Source of the DNA: a virus
Taxonomy: Duplodnaviria; Caudoviricetes
Virus record (IMG/VR): IMGVR_UViG_3300049143_000121
Coordinates: 1 to 33,328 of that record
Reading direction: 5' to 3' (one strand)
Length of the DNA: 33,328 nucleotides
In this document: positions 7,349 to 16,161 of the stretch, one piece after another
Layout of the letters: each line of letters begins with the position of its first letter
How positions within the stretch are numbered: the first letter of the stretch is position 1
The notes under the pieces: generated by a model
Told to the model about the DNA's origin: nothing
Seen by the model: the letters and a program-made list of their open reading frames with translations, nothing else
Database searches by the model: none
Program-made: the position numbers and the translations under genes

Positions 7349-7867
7349 GTGGCCCGAACCTTCTCCGCGGAGGACGAGGAGCGGCTCCGTCAGCTCCACG
7401 CTGACGGGGTTAGCAGGAACGAGATCGCCCGTCAGATGGAGTGGTCCGTCGGCACCATCACGAACCACGCGAACCGCCTCGGGCTCTCCTTCGATCGGGA
7501 GGCCGTCAGAGCCGCCACTGACGCCCGTCAGGTCGATCTGAAGGACAGACGTCAGCGGCTTCAGAAGCAGTTCCTCGATCTCGCCGAGCACACCATGACG
7601 CGAGCTCGGAGCCGGTACCTGCTGACGGGCACCAGCCACACCGGCGAGATCACCGCCGAGTTCGTCCCAGAGCCCCCGGCCAAGGAGACCAAGGACTTCA
7701 CGCTGGCCGCCTCCAGCGCCATCACGAGCGCACTGAAGCTCGCACAGGCCGACGCCGGGGACGAGGGCCGGGAGAACGCCAGAGGGCTGCTGAGGACCTT
7801 GGGAGAGGCCATGACGGCTGCTGCCCAGGACCTGGGGGTCGACGATGCCGACGAGTACGGCTCGTAG
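7349..7867 (+). CDS. terS: Terminase small subunit (N-terminal HTH)
   Basis: N-terminal HTH (LHADGVSRNEIARQMEWSVGTITNHA); overlaps the terL start. Confidence 0.75.
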   Translation: MARTFSAEDEERLRQLHADGVSRNEIARQMEWSVGTITNHANRLGLSFDREAVRAATDARQVDLKDRRQRLQKQFLDLAEHTMTRARSRYLLTGTSHTGEITAEFVPEPPAKETKDFTLAASSAITSALKLAQADAGDEGRENARGLLRTLGEAMTAAAQDLGVDDADEYGS

Positions 7868-9161
7868 CACCCAGTTCCTCCTAGAGCGCTTCTCCCCCAA
7901 GCAGATCCTGTCCATCAGAGCGGCCAACCGGAGGATCTGCTGCTGGGAGGGGGCTGTCTCCAGCGGCAAGACGATCGCCTCCCTGTGGGCTTGGCTGATG
8001 TTCGTGGAGGGCGCCAGCACCTCCGGCGAGCTGGTGATGATCGGCAAGACGCGGGACAGCGTGTACCGCAACGTCCTCCAGCCGCTGATGAACCCGGAGA
8101 TCTTCGAGGACCTCGCCCTCCAGGTCGACTACAACCCGGGTGCGCCCACGGCACGGATCTTCGGCCGGCTCGTTCACGTCATCGGCGCGAACGACGTCAA
8201 GGCCGAGACCAAAATCCGAGGGATGACCTGCGTCGGCGCGTATGTCGACGAGCTCACTCTTCTGCCGGAGACCTTCTGGGAAATGCTCCGGACCCGTATG
8301 AGGGCGCCCGGAGCCCGGATCTACGCGACCACGAACCCGGATGCCCCGACGCACTGGTTCAAGGAGAAGTACATCGACGACCGCGAGACGCGGCGGTCGA
8401 TGAAGGTCTTCTCCTTCCAGTTGGACGACAACATCCACCTGGAGCCGGAGTACGTCGCCGACATCAAGGCGAGCCACCAGGGCTTGTTCTACCGGCGATT
8501 CATCCTTGGCGAGTGGTGCGCGGCCGAAGGCGCGGTCTTTGACATGTTCGACCGCTCCCGGCACGTCGTGGACATCCTGCCGCCGATCACGCGGTGGCTG
8601 GCCCTCGGCATCGACTACGGCACCTCGAACCCGACCCACGCGGTCCTGGTGGGCTTCGGCAACGACGGATGCCTCTACGCGGCTGCGGACTGGCGGTACG
8701 ACGGGCGGAAGGCCCAGCGCCAGATCACCGACGTGGAGGCCTCCGAGCGCCTGCGGGAGTGGCTGGGCTCCGTGAGCCCTCCGGGGACCCGGGAGCGCGG
8801 CGTACGGCCGGACATGGTCGTCGTGGATCCCTCCGCGGCCTCCTTCCACGCTCAACTCCGGCAGGACGGCCTGAGCCCTCGGCCGGCTCACAACAAGGTC
8901 CTGAGCGGCATCCGCATCCTCATGGCCCTCTTCGCCGCCGACAAGCTCCGGATCCACAGCTCGTGCAAGGAGCTGCTGAAGGAGATCGACGGCTACGTGT
9001 GGGATCCCAAGGCCACCGAACGCGGTGAAGACGCGCCCCTGAAGCAGAACGACCACGGCGTAGACGCCCTGCGCTACGCGATCAAGACCACCCAGCACAT
9101 CTGGCGATCCCACGTCGGCATCCCGCTCCCCCAGGAGCGTGAGGACGACCGAGCAGCGTAA
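7845..9161 (+). CDS. terL: Terminase large subunit (PBSX/SPP1-like)
   Basis: Walker A GAVSSGKT, Walker B AYVDE, coupling motif TTNP, nuclease motifs GIDYG, DPSA and NDHGVDALRY. Confidence 0.95.
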   Translation: MPTSTARSTQFLLERFSPKQILSIRAANRRICCWEGAVSSGKTIASLWAWLMFVEGASTSGELVMIGKTRDSVYRNVLQPLMNPEIFEDLALQVDYNPGAPTARIFGRLVHVIGANDVKAETKIRGMTCVGAYVDELTLLPETFWEMLRTRMRAPGARIYATTNPDAPTHWFKEKYIDDRETRRSMKVFSFQLDDNIHLEPEYVADIKASHQGLFYRRFILGEWCAAEGAVFDMFDRSRHVVDILPPITRWLALGIDYGTSNPTHAVLVGFGNDGCLYAAADWRYDGRKAQRQITDVEASERLREWLGSVSPPGTRERGVRPDMVVVDPSAASFHAQLRQDGLSPRPAHNKVLSGIRILMALFAADKLRIHSSCKELLKEIDGYVWDPKATERGEDAPLKQNDHGVDALRYAIKTTQHIWRSHVGIPLPQEREDDRAA

Positions 9162-9171
9162 GGAGGCCCAG

Positions 9172-10809
9172 ATGGCTGACGTGTGGCCTCCCGAGAACCT
9201 CGCACCGGTCCACGACCGCATGCAGGAGTGGAGCGCCTGGTTCTCCGGGGACGCCGACGAGCTGTCCATGGTCTACGGCGGGATCAACGCCGTCACCAAC
9301 GTCCCGGCGGGCCGGAGCTTCTTCAAGAGGCCCTCGCAGTACCGCAACGGCTTCCTGGGCCGGCTTGCCCGGTTCTTCTGGGGAGACCCGGTCCGTCCTG
9401 GAGAGCAGCGCTCGAACAAGGAGCACCTGCCCCTGGCGTCCGCCATCGCGGGCGTGAGCGCCAACCTGCTGTTCGGCGACATGCCGAGCTTCGAGGCCGA
9501 GGACGAGGCCACCCAGGAGCGCCTGGACGAGTTCGTGGACGACGGTCTCCACGCTGCCCTCCGTGAGGGCGCAGAAGTCGCCGCAGCGCTCGGAGGCGTG
9601 TACCTGCGGGTCGTGTGGGACGCCGAAGTCCGGGACCACCCCTGGATCTCCGTGGTCCACCCCGACTGTGCGGTGCCCGAGTGGCGCTGGGACAAGCTCG
9701 CCGCCGTCACGTTCTGGCACACGATCCGGGACGACGGCTTCGAGGTGGTTCGTCAGCTCGAACGTCACGAGCCCGGCGTCATCCGGCACTCCGTGTGGAA
9801 GGGCACCGCGGACTCCCTGGGGCGGCAGATGGCCCTGACGGACTTCCCCGAGACCGAGCCTCTGGCCGACCTGGTGGACTCCGAGGGCGGCATCTCCACG
9901 GGAATCGAGAAGCTCACGGCCGTCTACGTGCCGAACATGAAGCCCAACCGGATCTGGCGCAACGTCCCGGCCGGGATGAACCTGGGCCGCTCGGACTTCT
10001 CCGGGATCGAGTCGACGCTAGACAACCTGGACGAGGCCTACACGGACTGGATGCGGGACGTCCGCCTGGGCAAGGCGCGGCTCCTGCTGGACACCTCGGT
10101 CCTGGACAACCTCGGCAGGGGCCAGGGAGGCGCCTTCGATGTCGACCAGGAGCTGTTCGTCCCGCTCAACCTCGGCACGTCCGAGGACGGCACGAGCCCG
10201 ATCGAGCAGGTCCAGTTCGACATCCGCACCGAGGCCCACCAGGTCTTGGTCCAAGAGCTTGTGGAGCGCTGCATCCAGGGCGCCGGCTACTCCGTGCAGA
10301 GCTTCGGCGTCACCGGGGACGTAGCCACCACGGCTACCGAGGTCCAGGCCCGCAAGGAGCAGAGCCTCAACACCCGGGACAACAAGATCACGTACTGGCG
10401 TCCCGCCCTGGCGGAGATCGTCGAGGTCCAGCTCGAAGTCGACAAGGTCCACTTCGGTTCCTCCGTGGTCCCGCAGCAGCCCAAGGTGGAGTTCCCCGAC
10501 GCGGTGGCCCGGGACCCCAAGGACGTTGCCGAGGAGCTGAACCTCCTCACCTCGGCCAAGGCCATCTCGACCGAGCAGAAGGTCCGCCGGGTCAATCCCG
10601 AGTGGGACGACGACCAGGTGGCCGAAGAGGTCGAGCGCATCAAGGGCGAGATCCAGGCGGAGAAGCCTCCGGCCCCGCAGCCCAATCCCCAGATCTCCGG
10701 CTCCCGGAAGCCGGACGAGGACGCGAAGGGCGAGTCTTCGGGCCCGCCTGATGCTCCCGAGAAGGCCGATGCGACTCGCAGGCCGTCCGGAGTTCCCGCA
10801 GGCCGCTAG
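9172..10809 (+). CDS. Portal protein
   Basis: Follows terL; AAGGAGG RBS; GRSDFSGIESTLDNLDEAYT and TATEV motifs of SPP1/A118-type portals. Confidence 0.9.
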   Translation: MADVWPPENLAPVHDRMQEWSAWFSGDADELSMVYGGINAVTNVPAGRSFFKRPSQYRNGFLGRLARFFWGDPVRPGEQRSNKEHLPLASAIAGVSANLLFGDMPSFEAEDEATQERLDEFVDDGLHAALREGAEVAAALGGVYLRVVWDAEVRDHPWISVVHPDCAVPEWRWDKLAAVTFWHTIRDDGFEVVRQLERHEPGVIRHSVWKGTADSLGRQMALTDFPETEPLADLVDSEGGISTGIEKLTAVYVPNMKPNRIWRNVPAGMNLGRSDFSGIESTLDNLDEAYTDWMRDVRLGKARLLLDTSVLDNLGRGQGGAFDVDQELFVPLNLGTSEDGTSPIEQVQFDIRTEAHQVLVQELVERCIQGAGYSVQSFGVTGDVATTATEVQARKEQSLNTRDNKITYWRPALAEIVEVQLEVDKVHFGSSVVPQQPKVEFPDAVARDPKDVAEELNLLTSAKAISTEQKVRRVNPEWDDDQVAEEVERIKGEIQAEKPPAPQPNPQISGSRKPDEDAKGESSGPPDAPEKADATRRPSGVPAGR

Positions 10810-10859
10810 ACGGCCGCACAGCCCGAATGGGCGACCCCTACCCGAATGGGAGCACCACC

Positions 10860-11543
10860 ATGGCGACCCCCGCAGAGCCCGGAACGGGCGCGGACACCAC
10901 CGTCACCCCCGGCACCACGCCGGAGAGCACGACCCAGGACAAGGACGACAAGCCCGCCGAGACCCGAACGGGCAGTGGCAGCGGCTCGGACAAGAACTGG
11001 GAGGCCGAAGCCCAGACCTGGAAGGCCCGCGCGAGGCGCTGGGAGGACCAGAGCAAGGAGCACTCGGCGACACTGAAGTCCCAGCAGGCCATCCTGGCCA
11101 AGCTCGCCGAGAAGGCGGGCATCGAGCTGGACGACGGCAAGGCCGATCCCCAGAAGCTCGCCGAGAAGCTCACCGCTACCGAGGCCAAGGCTCGGACGAA
11201 CGCGGTCAAGCTCGCCGTCTTCCAGGGCGCCGCGGCCCACCAGGGCGACGCGGAGGCGCTGCTCGACAGCAGTAGCTTCCTGAGGCGCCTGGACGGTCTG
11301 GACCCCGACGCCGACGACTTCGCCGACAAGGTCAGCGAGGCCATCAAGGACGCGGTCGAGAAGACGCCCCGCTTCAAGCGCGGCGAGCCGGCTGCGGCCG
11401 ACCAGACCAAGAAGCCCGCTTCCAAGAGCGGCACGAGCATCCCGGGCGGACCCGGGGCTCCCAAGCAGTACACCCCCGACGAGATCGCCAAGATGTCCGA
11501 CGCCGAGTACGCGAAGTACCGGAAGTCGCTGGGCATCGCCTGA
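10860..11543 (+). CDS. Capsid scaffolding protein
   Basis: Low-complexity N-terminus, WKARARRWE motif, coiled coil; directly before the major capsid gene. Confidence 0.8.
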   Translation: MATPAEPGTGADTTVTPGTTPESTTQDKDDKPAETRTGSGSGSDKNWEAEAQTWKARARRWEDQSKEHSATLKSQQAILAKLAEKAGIELDDGKADPQKLAEKLTATEAKARTNAVKLAVFQGAAAHQGDAEALLDSSSFLRRLDGLDPDADDFADKVSEAIKDAVEKTPRFKRGEPAAADQTKKPASKSGTSIPGGPGAPKQYTPDEIAKMSDAEYAKYRKSLGIA

Positions 11544-11568
11544 TCCGTCCTCCTGAAAGGAGGGCCCC

Positions 11569-12417
11569 ATGGCCCTGGACAACTTCATCCCGGAGCTGTG
11601 GGCCCGGGAAGCCCTCTTCCACCTGGACAAGCGGCTCGTGTGGGCCCAGCCCGGCGTGGTGAACCGCGACTACGAGGGTGAGATCGCCCAGCAGGGCGAC
11701 ACCGTGCGGATCAACCGGCTCGGTCCGGTGACCGTCGGCACCTACACGAAGAACACCCCGATCTCGGACCCGGAGGTCCTGACCTCCGACCAGCGCGTCC
11801 TGACGATCGACCAGGCGAAGTTCTTCAACTTCATGATCGACGACATCGACAACGCGCAGACCACGCCGAAGCTCATGGGCCCGGCGATGGAGCGCGCGTC
11901 GTACGGCGTGGCCAAGGTCATCGACTCCTACGTGGCCTCCCTCGCCGTGGCGGGAGCCGACGCGGCGAACGTGGTCGGCGGCACCACCCCGGTGGACCTG
12001 TCGGCCAAGGGCTCCGTCTACGACCAGCTCGTGGACATGGGCACGCTCCTGGACGACCAGGACGTTCCCGAGGGCCAGCGCTGGCTGATCGCCCCTCCGG
12101 CGTTCGTCAACGCCCTGGCGAAGGACGACCGCTTCATGGGTCACAGCGCCGCGAGCGCCGAGGACATCCGCCGGAACGGCTTCGCGGGTGAGGCGGCGGG
12201 CTTCTTCATCATGAAGTCCACCAACTCCGCCGCGAACACCGCCGTGATGGGCATCCCGCAGGCACTCTCGTTCGCCGCGCAGATCCCGCCCGGGACCATG
12301 GAGCCGTACCGCCCGGAGAAGTACTTCGCCGACGCCGTGAAGGGCCTGACCCTGTACGGCGGCAAGGTCATCGAGCCGAAGGCGCTGGCCGTTCTCAAGT
12401 ACGACCTCACCGCCTGA
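11569..12417 (+). CDS. Major capsid protein (P22-coat-like family, HK97 fold)
   Basis: FIPELWA, GDTVRI, LTIDQAKFFNFMIDDID and ADAVKGLTLYGGKVIEP motifs; strong RBS; very high codon bias. Confidence 0.92.
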   Translation: MALDNFIPELWAREALFHLDKRLVWAQPGVVNRDYEGEIAQQGDTVRINRLGPVTVGTYTKNTPISDPEVLTSDQRVLTIDQAKFFNFMIDDIDNAQTTPKLMGPAMERASYGVAKVIDSYVASLAVAGADAANVVGGTTPVDLSAKGSVYDQLVDMGTLLDDQDVPEGQRWLIAPPAFVNALAKDDRFMGHSAASAEDIRRNGFAGEAAGFFIMKSTNSAANTAVMGIPQALSFAAQIPPGTMEPYRPEKYFADAVKGLTLYGGKVIEPKALAVLKYDLTA

Positions 12418-12436
12418 TCCCCGGAGGTACACAGCG

Positions 12437-12826
12437 ATGACCGAGAAGTACGACACCGAGCAGGAGGAGCGGGAGACCGTCCTGTTCCGCCACAAGGTCG
12501 ACGGCCGCGAGTTCGAGGTCACCGAGACCTCGATCCCCTCGATCGACTTCCTGGACGCCCAGGAGGAGTACGAGCGGGTCGACGGCACCGAGGTGGCCTC
12601 CCGCCCGACGGCCGAGGAGCGCAAGGGGGACGCCCGCAAGGCGAACCCCTCCGAGGAGATCCCCGTCCGCCAGACCGCCGACGTGAAGCGCCCCAACAAG
12701 GGTGCTTCGAAGGCCGACTGGGTCTCGTGGGCGGTCTCCGAGCGCGGCCTGACCCTGGAAGAGGCCAACGCCAAGACCCGCGAGGACCTGATCTCGCTGG
12801 CCGACGAGGTCACCGAGCGGTCCTGA
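12437..12826 (+). CDS. Capsid-adjacent hypothetical protein
   Basis: GGAGG RBS; C-terminal RPNKGASKADWVSWAV...TREDLI short helical module typical of post-capsid genes. Confidence 0.7.
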   Translation: MTEKYDTEQEERETVLFRHKVDGREFEVTETSIPSIDFLDAQEEYERVDGTEVASRPTAEERKGDARKANPSEEIPVRQTADVKRPNKGASKADWVSWAVSERGLTLEEANAKTREDLISLADEVTERS

Positions 12827-12839
12827 TCGGGGGTGCCCC

Positions 12840-13229
12840 ATGGCGTACGCGACGACAGCAGAGTTCGCCGCGTTCCTGGCCCCCGACAGCCCGCCGGCTC
12901 ATGCCCGCAGGCTGCTCGACACGGCCTCGGACCAGATCGACGAGCTGATCCGGTTCGCCGTGTACGAGGTCGGCGCCGAGGGCGACCCGGTGTCCGTGAA
13001 GGTCGCCGACGCCCTGACGAAGGCGACGATCTACCAGGCGCACTACCTGATGACGACAGGGGACGAGACGGGGGCCAACGCCAACGTCTCGTCCATGTCC
13101 CAGGGCGGCCTGAGTATCGCGCGCTCCTTCGGCTCCGGAGGCTCCGGCAGGACCCCCAGGTACTCGGAGAACGCCATCGGGGTGCTTCGGGCTCAGGGGC
13201 TCCTCCCCATCCGTCCTCGTACGCGCTGA
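12840..13229 (+). CDS. Head-tail adaptor
   Basis: MAYAT...LLDTASDQID...ATIYQA motif; synteny. Confidence 0.75.
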   Translation: MAYATTAEFAAFLAPDSPPAHARRLLDTASDQIDELIRFAVYEVGAEGDPVSVKVADALTKATIYQAHYLMTTGDETGANANVSSMSQGGLSIARSFGSGGSGRTPRYSENAIGVLRAQGLLPIRPRTR

Positions 13230-13238
13230 GGGGGTGCC

Positions 13239-13571
13239 GTGGCGCTCCTCCTCGCTCCTCACACGGTGACCGTGGTGAAGGCCCCGGAGGGCTTCGACGC
13301 CGAGGGCAACAGCAACACCGACTGGTCCGGCGCCGATCGGAAGACCATCCAGGGCCAGGTGGAGCCCGCGGCCTCCTCGGAGAACCGTGACAACCGGGAT
13401 CAGGTCGCCACGACCTTCCTGGTGAGACTTCCTCCGGACACTGCGGTGGGCCCCAGGGACCGGCTGGAGTGGAACGGCATGACTCTGGAGGTCACCGGCG
13501 ATCCGCTCCCCTGGTCGGGCCTGGCACTGCTGGACCACATCCAGCTCACCGCCGTACGCATCCGGGGGTGA
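13239..13571 (+). CDS. Head closure/stopper protein
   Basis: Beta-rich 110 aa with DRLEWNGMTLEVTGDP; synteny. Confidence 0.7.
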   Translation: MALLLAPHTVTVVKAPEGFDAEGNSNTDWSGADRKTIQGQVEPAASSENRDNRDQVATTFLVRLPPDTAVGPRDRLEWNGMTLEVTGDPLPWSGLALLDHIQLTAVRIRG

Positions 13572-13574
13572 GCT

Positions 13575-13877
13575 GTGGACGGCATTACCGGCATCCAGCT
13601 CGACGAGACTGCCATCAAGGCCCTGACGCGGCACGAGACGGTCCAGGTGGCCGTACAGGACACCGCAGAGAGCGGGCGGGACTTCGCCCGCTCCATAGCC
13701 CCCGTGGACACCGGGCGATACCGGGACTCGATCGAGGTCCGTGAGGACGGCGACGGGGCGGAGATCGTCTCCGACGTCGACTACTCGGCCTTCGTGGAGC
13801 ACGGCACCCGGCGCATGGAGGGCCAGCACATCTTCGGCCGCACGCTCGACCACCTGAAGAGCGGCGGCAAGGCATGA
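13575..13877 (+). CDS. HK97 gp10-like neck/tail completion protein
   Basis: APVDTGRYRDSI and YSAFVEHGT motifs. Confidence 0.85.
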   Translation: MDGITGIQLDETAIKALTRHETVQVAVQDTAESGRDFARSIAPVDTGRYRDSIEVREDGDGAEIVSDVDYSAFVEHGTRRMEGQHIFGRTLDHLKSGGKA

Positions 13878-13890
13878 CGAGAGGAACAGC

Positions 13891-14115
13891 ATGTCCGTCC
13901 AGGTGAAGGTCTCCTTCCCGCACAAGGACTGGCAGGGCAACCCCCACGAGGTCGGTGAGGTGTACTCCTGCTCCGAGCAGGAGGCCGACACCCGCGTCCG
14001 GGACGGCTTCGTCCGTCGCGTGGAGGGCCACAGCCAGCCGGCCCAGGTCGAGTCCAAGCCCGCCAAGACCGAGCAGTCCCGCAAGGCCGTCGAGGGCAAG
14101 GCCCCTTCCGCGTAG
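13891..14115 (+). CDS. Small hypothetical virion-region protein
   Basis: GAGGA RBS, high GC3, fills the gap between neck genes. Confidence 0.65.
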   Translation: MSVQVKVSFPHKDWQGNPHEVGEVYSCSEQEADTRVRDGFVRRVEGHSQPAQVESKPAKTEQSRKAVEGKAPSA

Positions 14116-14124
14116 GAGGTGGCC

Positions 14125-14544
14125 ATGGCCCTCAGCGACGTGAAGGTCTTCCCGGACGCGGAGCTGATGGCCAGGAACTTCCTCGCCGAGTTCTTCGGTG
14201 ACGAGGCGCATCTGTGCACTGTGCTGCCGGAGGACGCCCAGTTCGACGAGCTGATCCAGGACAAGCCCGTGATCCGCGTGATGCGGATCGGTGGCTCCTG
14301 GCGCTTCCGCAGGTCCCTGGACGAACCGATGGTCGACATCGACGTCTGGGCCAGCTCCCTGGTCTCCGCCCGCTCTACCGCCAACCAAGCCCGTGCGGCC
14401 ATGGCGGACATGGCCGGAGACCAGCGCGACGGCGGGCTGTGCACGCACACCGCCGAGATCTCCGGGCCCGGTAGACGCCCGGAGGACAACCCGAAGGTCT
14501 ACCGCATCGGCTTCACCGCCGGGCTCCTCGTGCGCCCCGCGTGA
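14125..14544 (+). CDS. Tail terminator protein
   Basis: FPDAE...PVIRVMRIGG...VDIDVWA motif; precedes the major tail gene. Confidence 0.8.
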   Translation: MALSDVKVFPDAELMARNFLAEFFGDEAHLCTVLPEDAQFDELIQDKPVIRVMRIGGSWRFRRSLDEPMVDIDVWASSLVSARSTANQARAAMADMAGDQRDGGLCTHTAEISGPGRRPEDNPKVYRIGFTAGLLVRPA

Positions 14545-14600
14545 CCGACTCTCTCCCGGGCTGAAGGCCCGGATCGAAACCCCTTGAAGGAGGGACCCTC

Positions 14601-15188
14601 ATGGCTGACCCCAATGACGGCGTCCGGGTCGGATACGCGGGCAAGGCGTACATCGGTGCCGTCGGCGCCACCGTGCCCACCGATCTGACGTCGCCCTGGG
14701 ACGCGGACGAGTGGTTCGACCTCGGCAAGATCACCGAGGACGGCCTCACCGAGGCGACCGACCAGGCCCGAGCCGAGTTCAAGGCGTGGGGCTTCAACGC
14801 GCCGGTTCGGACCCAGCTGACGTCCAAGACCACCACGTTCCAGCTCACGTTCATCCAGAGCAACAACGCCCACGTGATCAGCCTGTTCCACTCCGTGGAC
14901 CTGGCCGACATGACGACCACCGGTACCGGTGACGCGGCCTACACGTCGTTCACCGACAGCCAGAACACCGAGCCGGACGTCCGCGCCCTGGGTCTGGACA
15001 TCGTGGACGGCGACTTCCACACGCGGATCATCGTGCCGCGCTGCGAGGTCACCGAGCGCGGCAACAAGGTCTACAAGGGCGACACGCTGGTCAACTACCC
15101 GATGACCTTCACCGCCCTGACCTCCTCGGACGGCAGCTCCGTCCGCTACATGATCGGCGGCCTGGTCGTCCCGACCCTGACCCCGTGA
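14601..15188 (+). CDS. Major tail tube protein
   Basis: DLGKITEDG...FKAWG...VRT and YPMTFTAL motifs of actinophage major tail proteins. Confidence 0.88.
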   Translation: MADPNDGVRVGYAGKAYIGAVGATVPTDLTSPWDADEWFDLGKITEDGLTEATDQARAEFKAWGFNAPVRTQLTSKTTTFQLTFIQSNNAHVISLFHSVDLADMTTTGTGDAAYTSFTDSQNTEPDVRALGLDIVDGDFHTRIIVPRCEVTERGNKVYKGDTLVNYPMTFTALTSSDGSSVRYMIGGLVVPTLTP

Positions 15189-15247
15189 TCTGAGCGGCTC
15201 CGCTCCCCCCGCACGACGAACCACACCCACTTTTCTTGGAGTCAGCC

Positions 15248-15682
15248 ATGCCCGAGTACCGGGACGACGAGTACGACGAGCCGGACCGCTTCGACGAGCC
15301 GGAGGACGAGGTCGACGACCTCGAACTGGACGACGACTTCAGCGGTGCGGCCCTGGCGAAGGTCGAGGCCACCAAGAAGCCGTACCGCTTCCGTGGCGCC
15401 ACCGGGACCGTGTACACGATCCCCCACCCGGACCTGTGGCCGACCCGTACGGAGATCTCGCTCACCCAGGGCGACCTGGCCGCGTGGGCCATGGACGTCT
15501 TCGACGGGGACGCCGACCTGGCCCAGTCCTTCCTGGACGAGCCCCGGTACGTCATGCGGCCCGCCATGGAGCGCATCGTCGAGATCGTCAACCAGACCTC
15601 GAAGGCGGGGCTGAACCGGGGGGAACGGCGGTCTTCCGCGCGCACGTCGCGGAGTACTCGGACGCGCTCGAAGCGTCTCTGA
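15248..15682 (+). CDS. Tail assembly chaperone (gpG-like)
   Basis: Lies between the major tail and tape measure genes; slippery site near the 3' end. Confidence 0.8.
   Translation: MPEYRDDEYDEPDRFDEPEDEVDDLELDDDFSGAALAKVEATKKPYRFRGATGTVYTIPHPDLWPTRTEISLTQGDLAAWAMDVFDGDADLAQSFLDEPRYVMRPAMERIVEIVNQTSKAGLNRGERRSSARTSRSTRTRSKRL
15619..15625 (+). other. Programmed -1 ribosomal frameshift site G GGG GAA
   Basis: In-frame CGG GGG GAA. The -1 frame is open to 16152 (GGTAVFRAHVAEYSDALEASL...). Confidence 0.8.
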
Positions 15683-16152
15683 TCGCGGAGTACGGCGCGG
15701 AAGGCGATCTCCTCAAGTTCTACCGGGGGGAGATGACCGTCCGACGCCTGAGGGTGCTGATCGACGGTCTCCCCTCGCACTCGCTGTACAAGGCGAGGCT
15801 GCGGGGCATCGCGGACGGCCAGCGGTGGGGCGACGAGACGTACCTCCTCGCCTTCATCGCCGACATGCTCCAGGCCCAGTACGGAGTCTCGTACGTCGGC
15901 GTCACCCATAAGAGCCCGCCGCAGATGACCCCCTACCCACGTCCGGAGACGAAAGCGGACGTGGAGAAGAAGGCCGCAGAGGCCATGGCCAACGCCAGGG
16001 CTGAGAACTACCTCGATCTCCTGTCGAGCGGGGCCCTGGAGGGCCAGCAGGCACCCGGACAGATCAGCGGTGCCGCAGCGCCCGGCCTGATCCCCCGAAG
16101 CCTCCCCGGCACCGAGCAGCCCCCGCAGGAAGAACGGCCACCAACTGAATAG
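15619..16152 (+). CDS. Frameshifted C-terminal part of the tail chaperone (gpGT-like)
   Basis: ALEASLIAEYG...MTVRRLRVLIDGLP...WGDETYLLAFIADML...PYPRP, typical of gpT segments; no good independent start for the whole domain. Confidence 0.8.
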   Translation, partial: GGTAVFRAHVAEYSDALEASLIAEYGAEGDLLKFYRGEMTVRRLRVLIDGLPSHSLYKARLRGIADGQRWGDETYLLAFIADMLQAQYGVSYVGVTHKSPPQMTPYPRPETKADVEKKAAEAMANARAENYLDLLSSGALEGQQAPGQISGAAAPGLIPRSLPGTEQPPQEERPPTE

Positions 16153-16161
16153 GGGGCGGTC

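Noticed and set aside
15260-15340. GACGAG-type short repeats
   Set aside because: Explained by the acidic low-complexity N-terminus of the tail chaperone.
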